From Candidatus Altimarinota bacterium (lineage in GTDB: Bacteria; Patescibacteriota; Gracilibacteria; UBA1369): a stretch of DNA of 64,000 bases. The stretch spans positions 1 through 64,000 of the forward strand of contig OY782391.1 of the NCBI GenBank assembly GCA_963677745.1. The letters run 5' to 3'. The translations under genes and the position numbers were made by a program. Shown here piece by piece: positions 36,827-47,055 of this stretch. Below the pieces are notes generated by a model that saw only the letters and a program-made list of their open reading frames with translations, did no database searches and was not told where the DNA came from. Within the stretch, counting starts at the first letter, position 1; every line of letters starts with the position of its first letter.

Positions 36827-38002
36827 TTGCCTTTTTCAAAGGATGACCTATCATTATCCTGCACTTTTTTCGAATTCTTGAAGTCATTACAACAGGCAAA
36901 AATTGCAATAGTCTGTGATTGGTTGACCAATCAGGGGGGGGCCGAAAAGGTTATTTTAGGCTTTCACGAACTTTTCCCCAATGCGCCAATCTATACTTCT
37001 CTCTATAATCCCAATAAGCTGGAATGTTTTAACAATGCGGAAGTACACACTTCCTTTATCCAGAAAATTCCTTTTGCCACCGGCCACCATCAATTCTTTC
37101 TTAACTCCATGCCGCGGGCTTTCGAAAGCTTTGATTTATCCTCCTTTGATATTGTAATTTCCAGTTCGCACTCCTGTGCCAAGGGAATTATTCTCAAACC
37201 GCACACCATGCATGTTAGCTATTGTCATTCTCCGATGCGCTATGCCTGGGATAACCATCAGAAGTATATTAAAGAATACGCCGTAAACGGTCTTTTCAAG
37301 AAATTAGCCTCTCTTTTTATTCACAGAATACGACTCTGGGATAGAATAAGCTCCGACCGTGTAGATTATTTTCTGTCCAATTCCGGTTATATAAAGAAAA
37401 GGATACGTAAATTCTACCGCCGCGACAGTACTGTGATTTATCCGTTTATTGAACCTGAAAAATTTCATTCCGGAGAGCATTCACAATACTATCTGGCCGT
37501 GGGAAGACTTACTTCTTACAAGAAGTTCGATTTGCTCGTAGACGCCTTTAATAAGAACAAATTACCGCTTAAAATAGTAGGAACGGGTGGAATGTATAAA
37601 AATCTTCGCAAAAAATCCTCAAAAAACATTGAATTTCTGGGATTTCAATCGGACCAGTCTTTGAGAGATCTTTACTCCCGGGCCAAAGCACTGATTTTTC
37701 CGCAATGTGAGGATTTCGGGATCATCCCTCTGGAGGCTATGGCCTCCGGCTGTCCGGTCATCGCCTATGCCAAGGGGGGTGCACTGGAAACCGTAAAAAA
37801 CCGTGAAACCGGTCTTCTTTTCTCAGAACAGACTGTGGACTCGCTGAACCAGGCCATCTGCGATTTTGAAAAACTTAAATTTGATGAAAACAAAATAATC
37901 AACCACGCCCATCAATTCAGTAAAATTAATTTTCAGAAAATATTTTTAAATTATCTCGAAAAAACCTGGCAGGAATACCAACTAACCCATCGGAACTTAT
38001 GA
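36827..38002 (+). CDS. GT4 family glycosyltransferase
   Basis: DWLTNQGGAEKV, YCHSPMRYAWD, EDFGIIPLEAMASGCPVIAY..GGALETV. Confidence 0.92.
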   Translation: MPFSKDDLSLSCTFFEFLKSLQQAKIAIVCDWLTNQGGAEKVILGFHELFPNAPIYTSLYNPNKLECFNNAEVHTSFIQKIPFATGHHQFFLNSMPRAFESFDLSSFDIVISSSHSCAKGIILKPHTMHVSYCHSPMRYAWDNHQKYIKEYAVNGLFKKLASLFIHRIRLWDRISSDRVDYFLSNSGYIKKRIRKFYRRDSTVIYPFIEPEKFHSGEHSQYYLAVGRLTSYKKFDLLVDAFNKNKLPLKIVGTGGMYKNLRKKSSKNIEFLGFQSDQSLRDLYSRAKALIFPQCEDFGIIPLEAMASGCPVIAYAKGGALETVKNRETGLLFSEQTVDSLNQAICDFEKLKFDENKIINHAHQFSKINFQKIFLNYLEKTWQEYQLTHRNL

Positions 38003-38940
38003 CTTTTATGGAAATGTTTAATCTAATCAGAAGAAATCTTATAATTTTCCTTTTAACCGCACTGATCTGTTTGGGAGCGGGTCTACTTGCCCAAAAGGCC
38101 TTTTTACAGATGAAATATGAGAATTCTATATTTCTGGTTTTCGGTGTGGAAGACCGTTTGAAGGGAGGGGATCCCTATGAAAATCTTCAGGCCGCCGATC
38201 AGATTACGGAAAGTATACAGGGCTGGATCAAAGATCCCTCATTCCAAAAGGAAATTGCCGGCATTACCGGTAATGATTTTTCCATCAAAGCCAAAAAACA
38301 GGAGAAAAACAATCTGCTGATCACCTTCAACACGGCCGATTTGACCGCAAATAACTCCTACAAGGAAGCCATTTTATCACTATTAAATCAAAAGATTTCC
38401 GTTTACAACAATAATTCCGATCTTCAGATTAACCTGGCCTCACAGACCTATAATCTTGATGAAAACCGCTATCTCCCCGCAGTGGTACTGATGCTGGCTG
38501 GATTATTCGGTCTTTTGATAGGCGTCATTTTTTCATATTTGTATGAAAAAATGACGGGAAAAGTGTCTTTTCTCAAGGAGATCAGCTTTTTTTTCAGCAC
38601 GGTCCGGCCTTTTTCTTTTAAAAATGAAAAACATTTAAAAACGGGTTTTCCCTTTTTGTACAAACACCTTATGTCGGACAATCCCGGAAATCAGTTGCAA
38701 ATACTGCACTTTTCCACCCCCTCCAAAGTCCTCCAAACAATGTTTTCCGAACAGGAAAACATTAAGGGAGTCACAGAACTTTGCATTCCCGACAATCTCC
38801 AGGACGTCCGCATTGATCTGCCGACAGTTTTGATCTGCCAACCTGGAGCAACTCCCCGCGGCGGATTGGACTATCTTTCCGAATTAAATTTCTCCCGGCT
38901 GGAAATTGTCGTTTTCGACAGACTGAAATCGCAGAGATAA
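37999..38940 (+). CDS. Wzz/CpsC-like polysaccharide chain-length protein
   Basis: Two TM helices flanking an external loop; second helix contains GLFGLLIG; adjacent to GT4. Confidence 0.5.
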   Translation: MTFMEMFNLIRRNLIIFLLTALICLGAGLLAQKAFLQMKYENSIFLVFGVEDRLKGGDPYENLQAADQITESIQGWIKDPSFQKEIAGITGNDFSIKAKKQEKNNLLITFNTADLTANNSYKEAILSLLNQKISVYNNNSDLQINLASQTYNLDENRYLPAVVLMLAGLFGLLIGVIFSYLYEKMTGKVSFLKEISFFFSTVRPFSFKNEKHLKTGFPFLYKHLMSDNPGNQLQILHFSTPSKVLQTMFSEQENIKGVTELCIPDNLQDVRIDLPTVLICQPGATPRGGLDYLSELNFSRLEIVVFDRLKSQR

Positions 38941-38971
38941 CAGACCTCCAGCAAGATAAAAGAGAATGTCG

Positions 38972-40198
38972 CTAGGCTTTGGCATGTATCCGTTTACCAA
39001 CATCCTTGGCAAATATTGATATGATCGTTGCTATCGGTATTGCCAGTATCAAACCAAGAATACCCAGAAACTGGAATCCCACCATCAAGGCGAAAATAAT
39101 TATAATGGGGCTTAGACCAACCGCCTTATTCATTAACAATGGAACAATTATGTTGTTTTCCACCTGCGAAATACCGAAATAATAGATAATTATAAACAAT
39201 GCGTGACCGGCTGATTGATTCAAGACGATTGGCAGAACCAGAACACAGGCCACCACCCTTCCGAATACCGGCACAATCATACAAATGCCTGTAATGACCG
39301 AAATCAATAATGAATATTCCACACCGGCCACAGTCAAACCTATAAATGATATAACCGCAGCTGTAATCGACACCAGCAGCTGGCCTCTGATCCAGTCACC
39401 GATCTTGATCTTAACCATCTGCAATCTCTTGGTAATGTAAGAAGAATATTTTTCCGGAAAAATCGACACACAGAAATTTTGCAGAGATTGTTCATCCACT
39501 GTCATGAAAAATACCAGAATCAAGATCAATATAAAATTCAGCAGACCGTTGGAAATTTGCATGATAATAGACCATAGATTTCCTCCAAGATTCATCAGCT
39601 GTGAAGATACGAGCTGCAAAGAATCTTTAAACTGTACGGCCACAACCTTTATATCAACAGCCCTGTACAATTCTTCCAGATAAGGCCTGATCTGTTCGCC
39701 AAACGGCAGGTTCAAGGTTGGACTTTGCGAAACTTTCAAAATAAAGTCATTAACCGCTCCCGCCAGACTGATCAGCTGTTCGGCTATCAAAGGCAATAAA
39801 TGTATGAAAAACAGTGCGACAAGCAAAAATATAAAAACGTAAATCAACAAAACGCCAATTGCCCGCGGAATTCTTTTGTCCTGTAAAAAATCGATCAGGG
39901 GATCTAGTGCCGCAGCAATAAAGAAGGACACAAAAAACAAAAGTAATGTATTGCCGATGGAGTAAAGCAGATATGCTCCCAGCAGAACCATCAAAACAGT
40001 CATGGTGGATTTAAAGATGCTCATAGGGGAAACCTCCACGATCATTTTATCTATATCCACCTTTACTTCCGGAAGACCTACGCCTTCTGCATCCAGCTTG
40101 GAATCTTTACGGAGCCTTAAAGCTTTCTCCTTCAAGCTTGTAACCTTGCCGGTAAGAATTTTTAAAAAGCCTCTCTTTGTTTTATTTTGTTTTTTCAT
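38972..40198 (-). CDS. AI-2E (PerM/UPF0118) family transporter
   Basis: AAALDPLID, WIRGQLL, QVENNIIVP..VGLSP, G.LGLILAIP. Confidence 0.9.
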   Translation of the reverse strand: MKKQNKTKRGFLKILTGKVTSLKEKALRLRKDSKLDAEGVGLPEVKVDIDKMIVEVSPMSIFKSTMTVLMVLLGAYLLYSIGNTLLLFFVSFFIAAALDPLIDFLQDKRIPRAIGVLLIYVFIFLLVALFFIHLLPLIAEQLISLAGAVNDFILKVSQSPTLNLPFGEQIRPYLEELYRAVDIKVVAVQFKDSLQLVSSQLMNLGGNLWSIIMQISNGLLNFILILILVFFMTVDEQSLQNFCVSIFPEKYSSYITKRLQMVKIKIGDWIRGQLLVSITAAVISFIGLTVAGVEYSLLISVITGICMIVPVFGRVVACVLVLPIVLNQSAGHALFIIIYYFGISQVENNIIVPLLMNKAVGLSPIIIIFALMVGFQFLGILGLILAIPIATIISIFAKDVGKRIHAKA

Positions 40199-40199
40199 T

Positions 40200-40664
40200 T
40201 TATCCGGTTAATGCAGATATAATAACACTTACAATACTCCAGGCCAAAAATGCCAAAACCATGCCAAACAAGGCATTTGTGATAAACTTTTTACCTTTTT
40301 CTTTTTCCTGCGTCAGCCCGCCCATGATGTATAAAAACCCGCCGATAACAACAAACAGTAAAGCAATCAGACTGACGAGTCCCAACAGAAAATTACTGAA
40401 ATACTGAATAAAATAGGGAACCATTGGCAGTGAAATACGGCCGGATGTAACAGCACAGCCCAGAACTTCTTCCCTGGTCATTATACTATTCTCAAAATTA
40501 CCGCTGTTATTGAATTTATTGATTTCTTCTTCACAATCAACAGGAGCCTCTCCTTCTATGCTCTTTCCCGGCTTAGGTAAAATAGTCCCTTGCGCCTGTG
40601 CCACAACCTGAAATGACAGCAACCCAATCAGCAGCGAAACCAGAATAACGTTAATTTTCCTCAT
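40200..40664 (-). CDS. VirB2/TrbC-like pilin-type membrane protein
   Basis: Signal peptide, Cys pair, then LIALLFVVIGGFLYI..G..EKGKKFITNALFGMVL..SIV. Confidence 0.6.
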   Translation of the reverse strand: MRKINVILVSLLIGLLSFQVVAQAQGTILPKPGKSIEGEAPVDCEEEINKFNNSGNFENSIMTREEVLGCAVTSGRISLPMVPYFIQYFSNFLLGLVSLIALLFVVIGGFLYIMGGLTQEKEKGKKFITNALFGMVLAFLAWSIVSVIISALTG

Positions 40665-40707
40665 ACTGTTCTTTTTTATTTGGCGCAATATTAACACAGC
40701 CATTCTA

Positions 40708-41376
40708 TCAGGCCAGGTTTTTTATTCCAATTCTTATTTCATTTACCCCTTCGGCGATCAGTTCTTCAAATTGATCGATAAAATTCATTGAAAACCGGTC
40801 AAACCCCCTGAACCTTGAATCTAGCAATTTAAACATGGTACCTGCTTTCCGGATGGCTGTTTTTCTGATTCTTTCGTTATCAACCGGAGGAACATAGGTA
40901 TTCAGGCCAACCAATCGGATTCCGGAGGTTTTGGCAATTTCGTAGCATTCCTCAGAAATTTCCGCCGGGTTGAATCCGAACTTTTTTATTTCACTGACAA
41001 CATTCATCCTGACCAAAATATTGGTAATTTTTCCCAGCCTGGCGTTCAGATCACTGATCAGTTTTACCTGTTCTATATTCACAATTGATTCGATCAAATC
41101 AAAATTTGCCAGGATTGGAGAGATGTTGTTTTCCTCCAAATCTCCCAAAAAATATTTTTGGCATGGCAACAAATCTGGTTCCATATCTCCCAATTGCTGC
41201 AAATTGGAAAACCCAATTAACCTGACTCCGGCACTAATTAACTTGTTAATATCATTCAGCGTCAATTGCTCTGCCAACAATAAAATATTGATGTCTACTG
41301 GGTTACGAAAATTCATTTTACAATAATATTGTATTTTTGTAACGATTTCCTGTAATCTGGCAACCTGATATTCCAT
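40708..41376 (-). CDS. Degenerate YggS/PLPBP-family protein
   Basis: AGVRLIGFSNLQQL, FDLIESI, ILVRMNV..KFGF, FSMN..FEELIAEGVNEIRIG; the PLP Lys position reads LLLAEQ. Confidence 0.7.
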   Translation of the reverse strand: MEYQVARLQEIVTKIQYYCKMNFRNPVDINILLLAEQLTLNDINKLISAGVRLIGFSNLQQLGDMEPDLLPCQKYFLGDLEENNISPILANFDLIESIVNIEQVKLISDLNARLGKITNILVRMNVVSEIKKFGFNPAEISEECYEIAKTSGIRLVGLNTYVPPVDNERIRKTAIRKAGTMFKLLDSRFRGFDRFSMNFIDQFEELIAEGVNEIRIGIKNLA

Positions 41377-41380
41377 GAAC

Positions 41381-42763
41381 ATGAAAAATATTTCTAATCA
41401 CAAACTACCATTTATTGCCATAGTTGGTAAACCCAATGTGGGTAAATCAAGCCTTTTTAACCGGCTGATCGGCCGGAGAATCGCCATTACCTCCGACGAG
41501 GCGGGAACCACCAGGGACCGTGTCTTTCAGCGCACAATCATTGGCGAATATCCCGTAATCATGGTTGATACCGGAGGACTTGAATATGGCAAGAAAATCA
41601 ATCTTGAAGCTGAAATGCAGCTCCAGGCCAAATTGGCCATCGATGAAGCTGATTTAATTATTTTCCTGGTTGACGGGCGGGAGGAACCGACCGCCGATGA
41701 CGTTGCTACAGCCCAGATTCTGCGCAAACAGTCAAAAAAACTATTGCTGGTTGCCAATAAAATCGACAGCGAGAAAAGTTCCCACAGTCTTTTCTCCTGG
41801 GCTGAACTGGGCTTCGGAGAAGCCGTTTCTATTTCCGTTATCCATAATCTGGGACTGGAAAAGCTGGAGAAAATTATTGTTCAACAGCTGGATTCCGGAA
41901 ACTGGACAAAGTCCGAAGAAGATCTGGATCAGACCACTGATAAATCAATTAAAATCGCCTTGATTGGTCGTCCCAATGCCGGTAAATCCTCTCTGGTCAA
42001 TGCTTTGCTTGGCGAAAAGAGAGTGATAGTTTCGGATATTCCCGGAACTACGCGGGACGCCGTGGATATTGATCTTAAACATCAAAATCAATCTTTTACT
42101 CTTATCGATACTGCCGGCTTGCGTAAAAGGGGAAAAATCGAACCGGGAATCGAAAAATATTCCACTTTCCGCACTATCAACGCCATCGAAAGATCAGACC
42201 TTGTTTGCCTGGTTTTGGATTATTCCCAGGGCATCCGCGCCCAGGATCTGCATATTTCCTCCTACATTCTGGACGCCAAAAAGGGCCTGATAATTCTGAT
42301 CAACAAATACGACTTGATGGAGGAAAAAGAGGAGGAAAAAAACCGCATCGGCCGTATTCTAAAAAACCGTTTTGATTATCTTTCCTGGGCACCGGTACTT
42401 TTTGTGTCGGCCAAGAACCATAAAAACATTGAGCTGATTTACGATACGGCCCAACAGATCTTTGAAGAGAGAAAAAAACAAATCGACCATGAAGATCTGG
42501 TTGATTTTACGCGCGAAGTTTACCATAGACATGCCCCCCCCACCTATGGACGCAAAAAACTGGCATTTTATGATCTGATCCAGATTCCAAGTAGCACTCC
42601 GACCTTCGAGTTTATAGTCAACGATACCGACATTGTTCATTTCTCCTACAGAAGATATCTGGAAAACGCGTTCCGTGAACAATTTGGCTTTCTGGGCACC
42701 TCCCTGATTTTTAATTTCAGGGAAGTTGATAAAAAGACGTCAAGAAACACCCAGCCGCTTTAA
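41381..42763 (+). CDS. der: Ribosome biogenesis GTPase Der (EngA)
   Basis: Two G domains GKPNVGKS..DTGG..NKID and GRPNAGKS..DTAG..NKYD; KH-like C-terminus. Confidence 0.96.
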   Translation: MKNISNHKLPFIAIVGKPNVGKSSLFNRLIGRRIAITSDEAGTTRDRVFQRTIIGEYPVIMVDTGGLEYGKKINLEAEMQLQAKLAIDEADLIIFLVDGREEPTADDVATAQILRKQSKKLLLVANKIDSEKSSHSLFSWAELGFGEAVSISVIHNLGLEKLEKIIVQQLDSGNWTKSEEDLDQTTDKSIKIALIGRPNAGKSSLVNALLGEKRVIVSDIPGTTRDAVDIDLKHQNQSFTLIDTAGLRKRGKIEPGIEKYSTFRTINAIERSDLVCLVLDYSQGIRAQDLHISSYILDAKKGLIILINKYDLMEEKEEEKNRIGRILKNRFDYLSWAPVLFVSAKNHKNIELIYDTAQQIFEERKKQIDHEDLVDFTREVYHRHAPPTYGRKKLAFYDLIQIPSSTPTFEFIVNDTDIVHFSYRRYLENAFREQFGFLGTSLIFNFREVDKKTSRNTQPL

Positions 42764-43684
42764 TTTTTCCCACCACTGTTTTCTGAAATAATCCCTTTTG
42801 TCCTGATTGTGAAACTTCAATCTTGAACTGCTGATTTCGATTGAGGCACTTTCCGATAATTTTGAGAAGTTTTTATTATGTCTTTTGACAAAATACCTTT
42901 CCAGCCGGTTTTCCAGCCTGTTTCCCACCCCGCCATTAAAAAGAAATTCACAGAATATGGCAAACAGATTTTTACCCGTTTTCGTGTTTGTCCTCTTGAA
43001 AACGGATTTCAGAGGATCGTCAAAGTACAATTTTAACCAATTAATGTTTTTTTCAAAAATCTCCTCGAAAGAATTGCCGTTATCATAGACAGGATAAAGT
43101 CCCAGCATCCAAAAAGACATGTATATGTCCTCTTTATCCAATAAAACCGGCTCCAGATCCAATTCAGAGGCGTTTATGTAAAAACTTAAACAAAACCTGC
43201 CTTTGACGCGTTTTCCGTGCCGTCTTACGCCCAGTAATTGTGTAAAAGCTGTTAGAAAAACTCTGGCCAGGAAAATTCTTCCCGGTTTTGTAACGACCAG
43301 CAAGTCAATATCACTGTCATTTTCCACAACCTTAAACGGAAGATAATTGCAGACCGCCACCATCTCTACAAAGGGGATAGAGCGAAACCACTTACTCCAC
43401 TTACGGCATTTTTCCAGATAATCTTCCGATAATTTGCTTTTAAAAGAATATAGGGTTGTTAAATTCTGCCGGTCTTTTAAATGATATAACTGATTCTGAA
43501 AGCCCAAAATGCCATTTGGTCCCGTCATTTGGTCCAACACCAGGTCCAGATTTGAATTATTGCCGAAAACATATTTATTTATAAACTCCCGGCTGAGAGC
43601 CAGGTCAAAAATGTCAAAATAGGCAATCAATGCAATAATTCTGTTCTCCGGAGACCATTTTGCAGGTTCAAAACCGTTCATCAT
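42740..43684 (-). CDS. Nucleotidyltransferase-domain protein (CPR-type)
   Basis: IPFVEMVAVCN..DSDIDLLVV, RFCLSFYI, LKFHNQDKR. Confidence 0.6.
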   Translation of the reverse strand: MMNGFEPAKWSPENRIIALIAYFDIFDLALSREFINKYVFGNNSNLDLVLDQMTGPNGILGFQNQLYHLKDRQNLTTLYSFKSKLSEDYLEKCRKWSKWFRSIPFVEMVAVCNYLPFKVVENDSDIDLLVVTKPGRIFLARVFLTAFTQLLGVRRHGKRVKGRFCLSFYINASELDLEPVLLDKEDIYMSFWMLGLYPVYDNGNSFEEIFEKNINWLKLYFDDPLKSVFKRTNTKTGKNLFAIFCEFLFNGGVGNRLENRLERYFVKRHNKNFSKLSESASIEISSSRLKFHNQDKRDYFRKQWWEKLKRLGVS

Positions 43685-43737
43685 TTCACTTAATAACAAA
43701 GCTATCTTATACTAACAGCAAGTTTAAAATCAAAAAG

Positions 43738-45948
43738 GTGAACAAATACATTGCACATCTGCTGCGCAGCATTCCGCACCGGCCAGGAATATACCGGATG
43801 AAAAACTCGGCAGGGGACATCATTTATATTGGCAAAGCCAAGGATCTTTTCAAGCGAGTCGGCAGTTATTTCAGAATGCTTGACCGGCATTCGCCCAAAA
43901 CACTGAAAATGGTCGAGAATATCGCCGACCTGGATTACACGGTAACCGGCTCTGAACTGGAAGCCTTGATTCTGGAAACCAATCTGATCAAAGAATATCG
44001 TCCCAAATACAATGTTCTCATGAAAGATGATAAGAACTATGCCTACGTCAAAATTACCACATCCGAGGATTATCCCAGAATCATGGTTGTCAGGAAAATT
44101 CTTAACGATCAGGCCAAATATTTCGGGCCAAAAACCAATGCCGGCCAAATTCATGACACTCTTAATATTCTTCGAAAGATTTTCCCTTTTCGCAACTGTA
44201 ATCTGCAAATTGAAGACCTGGGAGCTGCAGACCCGGATGATATCAATAAAAAACGGCTGGTAAAAGTTACCCGTGCCGGCATCAAGTATCCCTGTCTGGA
44301 TTTGCATATCAAGCGCTGTCTGGCACCCTGCGTCGGGAAACCAACCGAAGAAGAATACCGCGAAATAATCAACAAAATCATTGATCTGCTGGAAGGGAAA
44401 TACCAGGAAATCGTGGCACAGTTAAAGCATGATATGCAACGGGCGGCCATGGACAAAAAATTTGAACAGGCGGCAAGGCTGCGTGACAATATACTGGCAA
44501 TTGAGAGTATCTATCAAAATCAGCTGGTAAGCAGCCCCGACCGGTCTCAGGCTGACATTATCAATTACTATCCTCTGGAAAACATGGCCTATTTCAATGT
44601 TTTTCAGATCAGGGAGGGAAAACTTATCGATCAGCAAAATCTGATCATAAAAATACCTCCACTGGAAAAAAGCGTTGCCGACATTCTTCAGGCTTTCCTT
44701 CAAAATTTCTACTCAGATAATGCGGATATTCCAGCTGAAATACTCTTGCCCGGCGAACTGATCGAGCACGGTTTGTTTGAAAACTGGCTGACTAAAATAT
44801 CAGGTCACAAAATCAAAATATTATATCCTCAAAAAGGCAAAAAAGACCGCCTGCTTGATCTGTCGTTGGAAAACGCTTTCAGTTTTGCCAGGCAGTCGCG
44901 AGCCAAATGGGAAGGGAAAATAAGTGAAAACCGAGAAGAAGGTTTGGATAACCTGGGACAAATTTTAGGACTGCCCAACCTTCCCAGGAGGATTGAATGT
45001 TATGACATTTCCCACCTGGGTGGAACCAATACGGTCGCCTCCATGGTAGTGTTTGAAAAAGGATATCCAAAAACCGACCAATACCGTCACTTTAAAATCG
45101 GTCTGGAAACAGCCGGCCACCCCGATGATTTTAAAAGCATGAGAGAAGTGCTGTTCCGCCGCCTGAAATATCTCAAACCGTCGCTTGACGGCAAACTCGT
45201 CACACTCAAAAAAAACGGTGACAAATACGCAATTAAATCGGATAAAAAATTATTGCTGGAATTTTCGGTACAGAATTATACCAAACTAAAAACATATATC
45301 TCCGCTTTTAAACTTCCCTCCGCCAATTGGGAAGAAATTATTGACAAAATTATCAATAAATTCGACAGCAAACGCATTTATTTCCAGATCAGTCTCAAAC
45401 AGGTCAAAAAACTAGAAAAAATGGGTTTGCAAAAAGTGCAAATCGCCATTCCCGATTTTCCAGCACTGCCCAACAGAGAAGTGATGGTTTACGACAAAAC
45501 CCGCCATTTCAAAGATCAGTCTTTTTCAAAAACCCCCGATCTGATAGTAATTGACGGTGGAAAAGGACAGCTGACCTATGCCGTGAGAGCTCTGGAAGAA
45601 TTTCAGATAAAAATTCCGGTCATGTCTTTGGCCAAAAGGGAAGAAGAATTTTTCCTGCCCGGTCGTAAAGACTCCATAAAACTTGATCAAACCAATCCCG
45701 CCCGTCTGCTTGTCCAGCACTTGAGGGATGAAGCACATCGTTTTGCCATTGAATACAATAGAAAATTAAGGAAAAAAGACTATACTGTCTCCGAACTGGA
45801 AAAAGTGCCGGGAATCGGCAAGAAAACTACTCAGCTGTTACTGAAAAAGTTCGGATCGCTGGAAAATATCAAAACTCTTCCCGCTGAAACAATCTCCGAA
45901 GTCGTGGGCACCAAAATATCGCTTAAAATTAAATCATTTTTCAACTGA
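43738..45948 (+). CDS. uvrC: Excinuclease ABC subunit C with internal insertion
   Basis: GIY-YIG (PGIY..IYIGKAKDL), Cys cluster, RIECYDISH, PDLIVIDGGKGQL, RDEAHRFA, HhH; the GTG start at 43738 is inferred. Confidence 0.95.
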   Translation: MNKYIAHLLRSIPHRPGIYRMKNSAGDIIYIGKAKDLFKRVGSYFRMLDRHSPKTLKMVENIADLDYTVTGSELEALILETNLIKEYRPKYNVLMKDDKNYAYVKITTSEDYPRIMVVRKILNDQAKYFGPKTNAGQIHDTLNILRKIFPFRNCNLQIEDLGAADPDDINKKRLVKVTRAGIKYPCLDLHIKRCLAPCVGKPTEEEYREIINKIIDLLEGKYQEIVAQLKHDMQRAAMDKKFEQAARLRDNILAIESIYQNQLVSSPDRSQADIINYYPLENMAYFNVFQIREGKLIDQQNLIIKIPPLEKSVADILQAFLQNFYSDNADIPAEILLPGELIEHGLFENWLTKISGHKIKILYPQKGKKDRLLDLSLENAFSFARQSRAKWEGKISENREEGLDNLGQILGLPNLPRRIECYDISHLGGTNTVASMVVFEKGYPKTDQYRHFKIGLETAGHPDDFKSMREVLFRRLKYLKPSLDGKLVTLKKNGDKYAIKSDKKLLLEFSVQNYTKLKTYISAFKLPSANWEEIIDKIINKFDSKRIYFQISLKQVKKLEKMGLQKVQIAIPDFPALPNREVMVYDKTRHFKDQSFSKTPDLIVIDGGKGQLTYAVRALEEFQIKIPVMSLAKREEEFFLPGRKDSIKLDQTNPARLLVQHLRDEAHRFAIEYNRKLRKKDYTVSELEKVPGIGKKTTQLLLKKFGSLENIKTLPAETISEVVGTKISLKIKSFFN

Positions 45949-45951
45949 ACC

Positions 45952-47055
45952 ATGGATCTGACCCAATTATTACTGATTTTGCTTGTTATATCGGTAGGTT
46001 TTCTGATTTATTGGATGACCAAAAAGCCGGCTGCGTCCGAAAATCCCAGCGACAAACTCTTTCTGGATCTTCTGGAGAATCTGCGCCGCGAAATGCGAGA
46101 TTATTCTTCTCTTACCCGGCAGGAAGTCGGCTCACAGCTGGAAAAGGTCAATGAACAGCTAAACCGCGGTATTCTGGAGAATTCCAAATCTATTCAGTCG
46201 CAATTCAAGCAAACCAACGAAATTACCAATCAAATTTCCAGTCAGCTGGCCAAAATCGACGCGACCAACAAACAGGTTGTAAATTTTGCCGAACAGATGA
46301 AATCACTGGAAAACATCCTTAAAAACCCCAAGCAGAGAGGAATTTTGGGGGAATACTTTCTGGAAACACTGCTGGCCAATATTCTCCCCCCCAATGCCTA
46401 TCAGATGCAGTATCCGTTCAAAAACAGTGAAATTATCGTAGACGCCGTAATCTTTTTCAAAGATCTTATTATCCCCGTAGATTCCAAATTTTCCCTGGAA
46501 AAATACAACCGGATTATGGAGGAAAACGACACGGTACAGCGGGAAAAACTGGAAAAGGAATTTAAAAACGACGTCAAGAAGCGTATCGATGAAACCAGCA
46601 AATACATCCGGCCCAACGACGGAACAACCAATTTTGCCTTTATGTTCATCCCGGCTGAAGGAATTTACTACAACCTCCTGATCTATAAACAGGGAAACAT
46701 TGATTTGAATTCACAAAACCTGATCGAATACGCCTTCGACAAACATGTCATTATTGTTTCTCCGACCTCCTTTTACGCCTATCTGCAGACAGTAATGCAG
46801 GGACTCAAGAGCGTTGAGCTGGAAAAAAACATCCAGGAAGTGGTGAAACGTGTCGGTGAACTAAGCCGTCATCTCAACGCCTATCAGACTTACATGCAGA
46901 AACTGGGAAACAATCTTGGTACGACCGTGAATATGTATAACAGCGCTACCAAAGAATTTTCGAAAATCGATAAGGATGTCGTAAAAATCACGGCAGGGGA
47001 ATCAACCATCAATGTTGAGCTTGATCAGCTTGAGAAACCGGCATTTTCAGAATAG
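45952..47055 (+). CDS. rmuC: DNA recombination protein RmuC
   Basis: PKQRGILGE..LE, PVDSKF, TSKYI.P..TTNFAFMFIPAEGIY, IVSPTS. Confidence 0.92.
   Translation: MDLTQLLLILLVISVGFLIYWMTKKPAASENPSDKLFLDLLENLRREMRDYSSLTRQEVGSQLEKVNEQLNRGILENSKSIQSQFKQTNEITNQISSQLAKIDATNKQVVNFAEQMKSLENILKNPKQRGILGEYFLETLLANILPPNAYQMQYPFKNSEIIVDAVIFFKDLIIPVDSKFSLEKYNRIMEENDTVQREKLEKEFKNDVKKRIDETSKYIRPNDGTTNFAFMFIPAEGIYYNLLIYKQGNIDLNSQNLIEYAFDKHVIIVSPTSFYAYLQTVMQGLKSVELEKNIQEVVKRVGELSRHLNAYQTYMQKLGNNLGTTVNMYNSATKEFSKIDKDVVKITAGESTINVELDQLEKPAFSE

Noticed and set aside
45181-45520. UvrC insertion as an intein
   Set aside because: No N-terminal Cys block, no C-terminal His-Asn, no LAGLIDADG motif.
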